In this document: positions 37,839 to 46,602 of the stretch, piece by piece
How positions within the stretch are numbered: position 1 is the stretch's first letter
How the letters are laid out: each line of letters starts with the position of its first letter
Assembly (NCBI GenBank): GCA_964500725.1
Contig: CAZCNP010000001.1
Location: 766-64,765, forward strand
Reading direction: 5' to 3'
DNA: 64,000 nt
Source of the DNA: an uncultured Gammaproteobacteria bacterium
GTDB lineage: Bacteria > Patescibacteriota > Microgenomatia > Daviesbacterales > UBA10151
The notes under the pieces: generated by a model
Told to the model about the DNA's origin: nothing
What the model saw: the letters and a program-made list of their open reading frames with translations, nothing else
The model's database searches: none
Program-made: the position numbers and the translations under genes

Positions 37839-39536
37839 ATGAAAGTTTCTATAAACTGGTTAAAAGAATTAGTAGATTTAAAAGCTTCTGTTGAGGAGCT
37901 AGTGAAGCTTTTAGCTCTTAGGACTATTGGAACCAAAGAAGTAACAGGCCAATATATTGAGCTGGATATGAAAGGCTACAATAGGGCAGACCTGTTATCT
38001 TTAAGAGGGGTAGCCAGAGAAATAGCTGCTATTACTGATTCTCAAATTACTTTTGAAAATGAGAACCCTAATAAATTCCCTTGGGTTACCCAAAAACTAC
38101 CTGAAACACCAGTTAAAGTAGAAAATCCAGAGCTGGCTCCAGTTTATTGTATTGTCAAAATTGAGGGACTAAAAATTGGTCCTTCTTCTAAAGAGTGGGT
38201 AAATAAACTTGAAAGCAGTGGTATAAGATCAGTGAATAATCTGGTAGATATAACCAACCTCCTGATGGTTGAATATGGTCAAGACATGCATGCATTTGAT
38301 GCTGACTGTATTGCTGAACAAAAACTAATAGTTAGACTTGCAAAAAAAGGAGAACAGTTAACAACCCTTGATGGAAAAAGGCTTCAGCTATCAGAAGAGG
38401 ATTTGATAATTGCTGACCCTCAAAAACCAGTTGGCTTGGCAGGTATCATGGGAGGTAAGGATTCAGAAGTTTCTCAAAATACCCAGACTATTTTTTTGGA
38501 GATCACTATTTTTGATCCCATTGCTATTCGTAAAAGCAGCCACAGGCATAGACTTCATTCAGAAGCTGCAAAAAGAGTCCAACATGGGCTTACCAGAACT
38601 AATCTTCTACAATCAATGTCTGCTGCTATAAAAATGTATGAGAGCTTAGGAGGCAAAGTCACAGCAATTACATTAATAGGAGACCTAAAAGATGAAACTA
38701 AAACTGTTACTTTATCTCAAGAAAAAATTAACTCTTTAGTTGGAGTAGATATTTCTCCTGAACAAGTAGAAGATTCTTTAACTAAGCTAGGTTTTACTTT
38801 AGCTTCCCACATCGGAAGTGGGAATGTAATTTGGGAAGTTACAGTTCCATACTGGAGACTGGATATAAATATTGAGGAGGATATAGTAGAGGAAGTAGCC
38901 AGGATGTATGGTTATGAAAAGATTCCTGCCAAGCCTTTGACTGACAATATACCAAATATAGAGGAAAATCCCCTTTTTGAGGCTTTAGAGAGGCTTAAGC
39001 AGGCACTTTCAAAGACAGGTCTAACTGAAGTCCAAACCTATTCCTATTACTCCAGCAAGGTAATTCTCAATTCTCAATTCTCAATTGTCAATTTGATCAA
39101 AGTTGCCAATCCTATCTCATCTGAAACAGAATACTTAAGAGATAATCTTTGGCCAAATTTACTGGAAGCAGTTGCTAAAAATATTAGAAATGGAGTTAAA
39201 GATGTTGCTATTTTTGAGGTAGGAAAAGCCTACCTTATAAAGAATGGCTTACCAGAAGAACCTCACAGGTTAGCTATAGCTTTATCAAATAGTACTGATA
39301 ATCCTATTGCTGAGCTTTACCAGATTTTCCAACGTTTAGGATCACACCTGGAAGGTATCAAGCTAAATGCTGATAAGAAACCAGGACGAGAAACTTTTCA
39401 TCCCACCAGATCATCTGTTTTAGAAGAAGATGGAAAACAAGTTGGCTTTATAGCTGAAATCCACCCCAGGATTGTTAATAAATTTGGAATAGACCAAAGA
39501 GTAGCTGTGTTGGAAATAGAAATAAATAATTACTAA
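37839..39536 (+). CDS. pheT: Phenylalanyl-tRNA synthetase beta subunit (short form)
   Basis: B3/4 and B5 regions (VTVPYWRLDINIEEDIVEEVARMYGYEKI). Contains an in-frame REP-like insert at 38801-38827 and a 7-mer tandem repeat at about 39056-39084. Confidence 0.9.
   Translation: MKVSINWLKELVDLKASVEELVKLLALRTIGTKEVTGQYIELDMKGYNRADLLSLRGVAREIAAITDSQITFENENPNKFPWVTQKLPETPVKVENPELAPVYCIVKIEGLKIGPSSKEWVNKLESSGIRSVNNLVDITNLLMVEYGQDMHAFDADCIAEQKLIVRLAKKGEQLTTLDGKRLQLSEEDLIIADPQKPVGLAGIMGGKDSEVSQNTQTIFLEITIFDPIAIRKSSHRHRLHSEAAKRVQHGLTRTNLLQSMSAAIKMYESLGGKVTAITLIGDLKDETKTVTLSQEKINSLVGVDISPEQVEDSLTKLGFTLASHIGSGNVIWEVTVPYWRLDINIEEDIVEEVARMYGYEKIPAKPLTDNIPNIEENPLFEALERLKQALSKTGLTEVQTYSYYSSKVILNSQFSIVNLIKVANPISSETEYLRDNLWPNLLEAVAKNIRNGVKDVAIFEVGKAYLIKNGLPEEPHRLAIALSNSTDNPIAELYQIFQRLGSHLEGIKLNADKKPGRETFHPTRSSVLEEDGKQVGFIAEIHPRIVNKFGIDQRVAVLEIEINNY
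38801..38827. repeat. REP-like 27-nt palindrome (AGCTTCCCAC ATCGGAA GTGGGAATGT) in frame inside pheT (encodes SHIGSGN)
   Basis: 7-bp inverted repeat TTCCCAC/GTGGGAA around a 7-nt spacer. It is near-identical to the copies at 47437-47463 and 58018-58044. Confidence 0.8.
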
Positions 39537-39563
39537 TTAACTAATTAACCTAATTTCTAAAGA

Positions 39564-39926
39564 ATGACTAATGATAAAATTACTAATAAGTTTGATTTAG
39601 AAGATAGAACTGCTAAATTTGGAGAAGATACCATACAGTTTTGTCAAAAAATACCCAAGGGACCTATCACTAATCCTCTAATAACTCAACTAGTAAGATG
39701 TAGTACTAGTGTAGGAGCAAATTATTGTGAGGCAGATGATGCAGAAAGTAGAATGGATTTTAAGCATAAAATAGGCATTTGTAAAAAAGAATCAAGAGAA
39801 TCTAAACATTTTATTAGAATGATTGTGGTTGCAGTACCAAATTTAAAAGAAGAAGCAAGATTATTATGGCAAGAAGCTAAAGAACTAAATTTGATTTTCA
39901 ATTCAATATTTAAAAAAGTTACATAA
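39564..39926 (+). CDS. Four-helix-bundle protein (23S rRNA intervening-sequence protein family, TIGR02436-like)
   Basis: QLVRCSTSVGANYCEADDAESRMDFKHKIGICKKESRESKHFIRM fits the family pattern. Flanked by AT-rich TTAGTAATT/ATTAGAAATT repeats. Confidence 0.65.
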   Translation: MTNDKITNKFDLEDRTAKFGEDTIQFCQKIPKGPITNPLITQLVRCSTSVGANYCEADDAESRMDFKHKIGICKKESRESKHFIRMIVVAVPNLKEEARLLWQEAKELNLIFNSIFKKVT

Positions 39927-39975
39927 TTTAGTAATTGGGATTTATTTAGTAATTAGAAATTAGTAATTAGAAATT

Positions 39976-42567
39976 TTATAAGGCTACAGTAACCCCAATT
40001 GAATGGGTGAAGGTCCCACCATTGTTATCTTCTAAAGTAACTGAAATAGTATGTGATCCTTTATCTCCATTAGGAAACTCAACATGTAAAGCATAAGGCT
40101 CAGAGGTCTGAGTAGATTTAATACCCCCATCTATTAACCAGGTCATCTTTTTAACTCCTGCAGGAGAATTTGCCCTGGCTAAAACATCAAAAACCCTGGG
40201 AACATTAGCCCCATTTGTAACATTAACTATCTCAACAACAGCCCCAGTCCCAGCAGTAAATCCTGGCACCCCTGAACAACCCTGGGAAGCTCCCACAAAC
40301 CTAGGATCAGCAGCAGTTAATACCCACTCATCTATCCCTTTCTGCCATTTATTAGCTCCAGTTGGATCATCTTCTTTTAAAACAACCACATCCTTTTCCT
40401 CATTATCTTCACCATCATTGGCTAACCTGTGAGTGTTACTTTTACAGACCTTTTTTCTTTGATAAGATCCTGATTCTCCTTTAGGCTCAGTTCCTGCTAT
40501 AAAATATTCTTTTCTGGTAGGAGAACCACCATGAGGCTTGCCAGTCATCAACCCATCCACCTCTACTTGTAAAACATTTTCAGGTTTGGCAAAAGGCTCA
40601 TTTTGCTTACCTTCTAAAGCAGCTCTCATTATCTTATTCCAAATAGGGGAGGCTCCAGTAACTCCAGAGGCTACCACAGGGCTCATCTCAGCATTGTTGT
40701 TATTTCCTACCCAGGCTCCTACTACCACAGATGGGGTATACCCCACAGCCCAGTTATCTCTTTTTTGATCTGTTGTTCCAGTTTTAACAGCTACAGTTTT
40801 TCCTGGAATATTTAATACTGAGTTTGAACCAAAAGCAGCAGTTCTGGCTCCATTATCAGATAAAATATCAGAAATAATAAAAGCAATCCCTGGTTCTAAG
40901 ACTTTTCTTCCCTCAGGCTGTCTATATTCAAAAAGGGTTTTTCCTTTACTATCTGTAACCTTTAAAATAGAGATTGGATCAAGCTGCATGCCTTGATTGG
41001 CAAAAACAGCATAGGCTGAAGCTAAATCCAAAAGTCTTACTTCTCTTCCTCCTAATACTAAAGATAATCCAACAGAGTTAATATTCTCCTCAGAAGGCTC
41101 CCAGGTTGAAATACCCATCCTATATCCAAGCTCCATAGCATCTTTTACCCCGACCAGAGCCAAGTTTTTAACAGCAGGGATATTGTAAGAATTAGCCAGG
41201 GCATACCTTAACTGAACTGGACCATGAAACTGACCATCATAATTTACTGGGTTGTAAGCTGGTTGATCTCCTCCAGGAAATTCAGTCTTAACATCCATAT
41301 AAACCTGGCTGGCTGTATAACCTTTTTCCAAAGCTTTTGTATAAACAATGGGTTTGGTGGCAGAACCTGGCTGTCTTGGGGCAATAGCCACATTAACATT
41401 AGGTTCAAAAGTACAAGTTTCTCCCTCTTTACAACCTTCAGGCAAAGAATCTCCAAAATAATCCTTGCTTCCAACCATAGCTAAAATCTGCCCAGTTTTA
41501 GGATCCAATACTACAGCAGCAGCATTTCCCACCTTTGCAGAAGATAAGCTTTCTACTTCTTCTTTAACTATCTCTTCAGCCTTTTTCTGCAACTTATAAT
41601 CCAAAGAGGTAGTTACTCTCAAACCCCCACTTTCCACCATCCTGTCCCCAAATTGTTCTATTAATTTTTCTTTAACATACAAAACAAAATGGGGGGCTTT
41701 AAAGCCTTGTTCACTTCTGCTGGTTCTATAAGTTAACTCTGCTGCTGCAGCCTCTTCAGCTTGATTTTTAGTAATATATTTATCCTCAACCATCCTATTT
41801 AAGACTTCTTTTTGCCTTGTTTTGGCAAGCTGAGGACGGGTGCCGTATGGAGAATAAACAGAAGGCCTTTGAGGAAGTCCTGCAAGGAGCGCTGCCTCAG
41901 CCAAATTTAAATCCTTAGAAGATTTACCAAAGTATAAATTAGCTGCAGCTTCTATCCCATAAGCAGTACCACCATAAGGAATCTCATTTAAATACATCTC
42001 TAAAATTTGGTCTTTGCTGTAAGACCTTTCAACTTGAACAGCTAGGATAAACTCTTTAAGTTTTCTAGTAACAGTTCTTTCCCCAGAAAGCAGGGCATTT
42101 TTAACAAGCTGCTGGGTTAAAGTTGAACCTCCCCCTTCAACCTGCCTATGAATAACCAATTTAAACAGTGACCTGACAATTCCAGATACAGAAAAACCAC
42201 CGTGTTTATAAAAATCCTTATCCTCTATAGAAAGAGTAGCCTGTTTTACATAATCTGGAATATCAGCAAGTTTTACAGGAGTCCTATTTTGATCTTCATA
42301 AATATCATACAAAAGCTCATCTTCTTTATCATAAATTTTAGTAGCTGCTGCTATTTCCCTGTTGGTTAAATCAGAAGGGTTGGGGATTTGGGTTGCAAAA
42401 AAGATCACTGCAGCAAAAAGCAAAAAAAGAAAACCTACCACAATAACTAAAATACTGGCAGATAGGCCTGATAATAGTTTGAATTTCCAGAGTTTTTTAC
42501 TTTGTCTTCTGGCACTCCAGGAACCATGAGTCATCTTAGAGAGATTATACCAACTCTGGAAAGTCAA
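39976..42567 (-). CDS. Class A penicillin-binding protein PBP1A (transglycosylase + transpeptidase) with a C-terminal Ig-like extension
   Basis: N-terminal TM segment, GT51 motifs (ATKIYDKEDELLYDIYE...GGSTLTQQLVKN), transpeptidase SATKP and KTGTT. Confidence 0.85.
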   Translation of the reverse strand: MTFQSWYNLSKMTHGSWSARRQSKKLWKFKLLSGLSASILVIVVGFLFLLFAAVIFFATQIPNPSDLTNREIAAATKIYDKEDELLYDIYEDQNRTPVKLADIPDYVKQATLSIEDKDFYKHGGFSVSGIVRSLFKLVIHRQVEGGGSTLTQQLVKNALLSGERTVTRKLKEFILAVQVERSYSKDQILEMYLNEIPYGGTAYGIEAAANLYFGKSSKDLNLAEAALLAGLPQRPSVYSPYGTRPQLAKTRQKEVLNRMVEDKYITKNQAEEAAAAELTYRTSRSEQGFKAPHFVLYVKEKLIEQFGDRMVESGGLRVTTSLDYKLQKKAEEIVKEEVESLSSAKVGNAAAVVLDPKTGQILAMVGSKDYFGDSLPEGCKEGETCTFEPNVNVAIAPRQPGSATKPIVYTKALEKGYTASQVYMDVKTEFPGGDQPAYNPVNYDGQFHGPVQLRYALANSYNIPAVKNLALVGVKDAMELGYRMGISTWEPSEENINSVGLSLVLGGREVRLLDLASAYAVFANQGMQLDPISILKVTDSKGKTLFEYRQPEGRKVLEPGIAFIISDILSDNGARTAAFGSNSVLNIPGKTVAVKTGTTDQKRDNWAVGYTPSVVVGAWVGNNNNAEMSPVVASGVTGASPIWNKIMRAALEGKQNEPFAKPENVLQVEVDGLMTGKPHGGSPTRKEYFIAGTEPKGESGSYQRKKVCKSNTHRLANDGEDNEEKDVVVLKEDDPTGANKWQKGIDEWVLTAADPRFVGASQGCSGVPGFTAGTGAVVEIVNVTNGANVPRVFDVLARANSPAGVKKMTWLIDGGIKSTQTSEPYALHVEFPNGDKGSHTISVTLEDNNGGTFTHSIGVTVAL

Positions 42568-42633
42568 TGCGAATGCATGTGTATTTGGTATTTAACAATA
42601 CATGTATTGGATATTGTATAATTTGCTTGAAAT

Positions 42634-42873
42634 ATGAATATACCTTTTAAATTACTCTCCACAGTATTACTTGGTCTAGGAACAAACTTCTTGGTTAGCC
42701 CATTCGTGGCTTGGTTACTCTTTTACAGTAGCTCTGAACGATATCTTTGGACAATCCAGGGACCTTTCCCATTTAACTATGCAGGAAGCAGTGCAGGATT
42801 ACTGTTTGTACTAATCGGAATATTGCTTCTTGGATTTTTCTTAATCTTTCTTTCTCAACTTATTAAAAAATAA
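42634..42873 (+). CDS. Small membrane protein (2 TM)
   Basis: Hydrophobic ORF. Confidence 0.35.
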   Translation: MNIPFKLLSTVLLGLGTNFLVSPFVAWLLFYSSSERYLWTIQGPFPFNYAGSSAGLLFVLIGILLLGFFLIFLSQLIKK

Positions 42874-42945
42874 TCCAGATTTTCTTCTAATTTGAGCGTA
42901 GTAAAAATTATAGTCTTTCTAAAAAAGTATACAAATTCTAAAGGG

Positions 42946-43028
42946 TCCGGAGGGAAGGGATCGAACCTTCGTAGGGTTACCCCGCCAGATTTACAGTCTG
43001 GAGCAATTGACCACTCTGCCACCTCCGG
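42946..43028 (-). tRNA. tRNA-Tyr (anticodon GTA), long variable arm
   Basis: Acceptor CCGGAGG/CCTCCGG, D-stem GCAG/TTGC, anticodon stem CCAGA/TCTGG, loop CTGTAAA, T-loop TTCGATC. Confidence 0.8.
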
Positions 43029-43077
43029 ATCCTGTTATTATACCTAAATTTGCTGATTGAGGAAAGGGGACTACCTT

Positions 43078-43921
43078 TTAAACTATGCTTACTAAAATTA
43101 CTCCCAAAATAGTAATAAATACCCCTGTTAGCTGAAACTTGGTAATTTTTTCTTTAAACCAAACAAAAGCTAAAAATAACATTACTAAAGAAGAGCTAGC
43201 TGAAATTGGAGTAACTATTGATGCTGGACCTTTTTGTAAAGCAAGATGAAAAAATAAAACTCCAATAAACAGAAAAAAAACTTGAGGCTATAGCATAACT
43301 AGTTTCTGGTGATATTTTCCTGGGTAAAATAAATTTCCTACTACTTAATAAATTTAAAATTACTGCTACAATAGTCCACCCTAAAACAAAAGATATAGAA
43401 TAACTGTAAGCCCCATACTCAGAACTCATTACCTTAGCTATAAAATCCCCTAAACCAGCAAAAACAGCGCCTCCTAAACCCCACAATAACCAAGTACCAA
43501 TTTTTATATTTTTAATTTCCTTTGGGTGTTCTAAAGAGATAAAAATTAAACCTAATAAAATAGCAAAAATACCAAATTTTGCTGTAGCAGTAATAGATTC
43601 ATTTAAAAACAGTGAGGCTAAAATAACAGTATAAAGTGGATAAGTTTCCAAGACTGTACCAGTTAAAGATAATTTGCCCTTTTCTAAAGCATAATAATAT
43701 AAAGCATATCCTCCTGAGGCTATAGCAGCAGCTGGGACTAAAGGCCAAAAAATAAATTTTCCTCCCTGTAAAAGTGAAAAAGGGATCAAAGTTATAACAG
43801 AAGCAACACCCCTAAGGCTAACATAATCAATAGGGGATAATTGCTTATAAGCTCTTTTGGCAAAAGCAATATTTAACCCCCAGACTAAAGCTGTAAGAAA
43901 AGATAATAGCAACCAATCCAT
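43078..43921 (-). CDS. DMT/EamA family transporter, interrupted by a -1 frameshift in an A8 (sense T8) homopolymer at about 43271-43280
   Basis: The ORF-track frame ends in junk (FSVYWSFIFSSCFTKRSS). The other frame continues with canonical EamA sequence (FFLFIGVLFFHLALQKGPASIVTPISASSSLVMLFLAFVWFKEKITKFQLTGVFITILGVILVSIV) to the stop at 43078. Confidence 0.6.
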
Positions 43922-43966
43922 TATTAAGTTATATCATTTATTTAAGAAAATCTGTAAAATATCCTG

Positions 43967-44341
43967 ATGCCAACTGCAGAAGCAAGAGAGCAAGGAAAAA
44001 ATACACAGGATTCAAAAAAACTTGTATTATCCTTGGATTTTGCTCGCAAAGTACATGAGTGCATTCAGGAATTACCTATTAATACTCCTATCGCAGATCT
44101 TAAATTCTGGCGCCAGCATCCTGGGCGCATACCTACATGGACTCAGCTAATGAGAAACTCCTCACATTGGGAGCAAAAGCAATTAAGCGCTCTCTTCTAT
44201 AGAATACTTCGTTCCCCTGGAGGCAAAGATATCAATCTTGGCGCACTTACAACCGAGTTTGATGTAGACACACTAACACTATGGAGTAACAGTGGGGGAA
44301 CCGGAAAAACATTTGTTCGCGAAGCCTTCCAGAAATTTTAA
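43967..44341 (+). CDS. Hypothetical protein (GC-richer islet)
   Basis: ORF with local GC of about 42-44% against a background of about 33%. Confidence 0.45.
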   Translation: MPTAEAREQGKNTQDSKKLVLSLDFARKVHECIQELPINTPIADLKFWRQHPGRIPTWTQLMRNSSHWEQKQLSALFYRILRSPGGKDINLGALTTEFDVDTLTLWSNSGGTGKTFVREAFQKF

Positions 44342-44400
44342 GATTATATCTTTACCACATTATTGACTTTAAAAAAAATCTTGGTAATAATCATAAAGGC

Positions 44401-44970
44401 ATGGGATTGTTAACCGAAGTCCTCCATTTTGGAAGATCTATATTACCAGGAGAACCCCCTAAAACATTAGATGATATCAAAGCTGTAGAAGAATGCGCCA
44501 CTGCTACCGAAATGCTCCTTAGTGATACCGGCCTAGCATGGACAAGAATGGCCAACAATAACACTGTTATAATCGGAGAAGTTATCACAAACAAAGGTCG
44601 GGTTGTGAGCCACCAATCTTGGTTTATCGTACGCAACAGAAAGGGTCGTTTAGAGATTGAGGTGGCTCCAACTGATGGAGCAGAAATAACACTGGATGTT
44701 TTTGCAAACAGCCAACCAGAGACGCCTTTAACACAGTCAATCGCCAATCATAACCAACAATTTGAACCTATTAATATCGGTGATGGTCAATTTGGCAAAT
44801 TACGCTATGAAACTAGGGAACCCAATCTAGGTCCAGAAGCAACTTTTATTATAGATCAGCAAGGAATACGTCCATTTGCAAGTGAAAAACCCGTTAGAGA
44901 AGTTGAAGAAATTGGAGGGCGAGATACTCATATCATCAAGTCTATTCTTGCCGAACCCTCATCTACATAA
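44401..44970 (+). CDS. Hypothetical protein (GC-richer islet)
   Basis: ORF in the same compositional island. Confidence 0.45.
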   Translation: MGLLTEVLHFGRSILPGEPPKTLDDIKAVEECATATEMLLSDTGLAWTRMANNNTVIIGEVITNKGRVVSHQSWFIVRNRKGRLEIEVAPTDGAEITLDVFANSQPETPLTQSIANHNQQFEPINIGDGQFGKLRYETREPNLGPEATFIIDQQGIRPFASEKPVREVEEIGGRDTHIIKSILAEPSST

Positions 44971-44974
44971 ATCT

Positions 44975-45442
44975 TTAACGGAACTTGGGGTTAAGGGATT
45001 TTTTAACTAGTTTGGCCACAAATACTATCTCTCTTATTTGCCCATCCTCACCTTCAATCTCATTTAAACCAGACAATCTCTGGTATTCTCTCAAGTAGTC
45101 AGATAAACCTTCTCTTAATTCTTTTTGTTCTAACTTTAAATCTTTTAATTTATTTATTAAATCAGCCACCTCAGGCCTTTTTTGAATCTCTTTTTTGGTA
45201 TTGGAACGTATTCTGGCTGCTTCTTTGGCTACTTTATCATGTTCTTGATAGGTTTCATCATTTACAAAGACATCATTTACCATATCCCTAAGCTTTGTAA
45301 TTTCTCCCTGCAAAGTATCAATTTGAGAGGTATGGGTTTTAATCATCTCCTCGATTCTAACAAGTAGTACTGCATCAGAGCTTGAAGTTTGCTCTTCTGG
45401 TGCGGGGGTTTCTTCTATAGTTTGTACATCCTGGTTATCCAT
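44975..45442 (-). CDS. Hypothetical coiled-coil protein
   Basis: ORF. Confidence 0.45.
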   Translation of the reverse strand: MDNQDVQTIEETPAPEEQTSSSDAVLLVRIEEMIKTHTSQIDTLQGEITKLRDMVNDVFVNDETYQEHDKVAKEAARIRSNTKKEIQKRPEVADLINKLKDLKLEQKELREGLSDYLREYQRLSGLNEIEGEDGQIREIVFVAKLVKKSLNPKFR

Positions 45443-45544
45443 GGGAATAGATATAATAGCTGAAATTTTCCTAAAAATGCAAGGCTTAATTTATGAGTAC
45501 TATACTTGCAAGTTTATTTATCAAGATGTAAATTTAACTGCAAT

Positions 45545-46141
45545 ATGATTGAGGACAATCCAGAGATGAACACGTTCTTTGCTTTGCAAATAAAAGACTT
45601 AGACCTTGTTCGAAGAACCCAAAGCGGTGATCTAGAAGCATTTGGAGATTTATATATAAGATACCAAAGACGAGTTACTCGTATACTTACAAGATTTGGC
45701 TGCAGTGATGTTGAAAATGTGGTTGGAGATGTATTTTTAAAAGCTTTTACAGGAATACAAAAATTTAGGCCCGAAACTGAAACTTCTTTTAAATCCTGGA
45801 TTGACAGAATTACAATCAATACAGGTATTAATGCTGTTGCAAGAAAACCTTCTGAAATTACCACTGTAACGGAATTTGCAGAAACCCATAAATGGGCAGA
45901 TCCAGAAGCAACTTACCAAATAAGAGAAACCATTCTAGAATTACTCAACTCTATAGGCAAACTACCTTCCCGTCAAAGAATGGCAATTAAGGCAAGATTT
46001 GGAGAAGGCCTAGATAGTCCAAGTATAGCTAAATTAACTAATACTACAATAGGTGGAGCCAAAGCCCTAGTGCACAGAGCCCTAGAACAGTTAAGAAGGA
46101 ATTTACAACCAATATCAACAACTCCATCAGAAGATGTTTAA
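45545..46141 (+). CDS. Sigma-70 family (ECF-like) RNA polymerase sigma factor
   Basis: Region 2 (DLYIRYQRRVTRIL...FKSWIDRITIN) and region 4 (LPSRQRMAIKARFGEGLDSPSIAKL). Start trimmed to MIEDNPEM. Confidence 0.7.
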   Translation: MIEDNPEMNTFFALQIKDLDLVRRTQSGDLEAFGDLYIRYQRRVTRILTRFGCSDVENVVGDVFLKAFTGIQKFRPETETSFKSWIDRITINTGINAVARKPSEITTVTEFAETHKWADPEATYQIRETILELLNSIGKLPSRQRMAIKARFGEGLDSPSIAKLTNTTIGGAKALVHRALEQLRRNLQPISTTPSEDV

Positions 46142-46149
46142 GATTTGTC

Positions 46150-46602
46150 TTAAGCCTTTTTTACTAGGAAATATAATCCAATTACCTCTATTGATATCAT
46201 TAAAAGATTCAAGTTATCAGATGCAGAACTTAAACTACCCAGTCCCAGCCAAAAATTAATATTTAAAAATATACCTCCTAAAAGCCCCGACATTAGTAAA
46301 ACTCTTGCCCATTTGAGTTGATATTGTTTTAGAAGCAATACTGATCCAATAGTAATAGCCATCCCGCTCAACAACTCTCCCCACATAACCAGGGTCCCAA
46401 ACAGATAAGAGTTGGGTATCACAATACTAGTTAAAAATTGTTTAAAAGCAGGATAGGGGTTATTATCAACACTTTTAGATAATATCTGTCCCAAAGAAGA
46501 TGCAAAACTGCCTTCAGAAAATTTTGTCAGACTGCTTCTTAGCCAAACAAAACCTATTGATAAAAGTATCAGCAGCAATGGTTTATTATTCATATAAATC
46601 AA
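46150..46602 (-). CDS. Membrane protein (4 TM), hypothetical
   Basis: Hydrophobic ORF overlapping the GT2 stop. Confidence 0.45.
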   Translation of the reverse strand: MIYMNNKPLLLILLSIGFVWLRSSLTKFSEGSFASSLGQILSKSVDNNPYPAFKQFLTSIVIPNSYLFGTLVMWGELLSGMAITIGSVLLLKQYQLKWARVLLMSGLLGGIFLNINFWLGLGSLSSASDNLNLLMISIEVIGLYFLVKKA

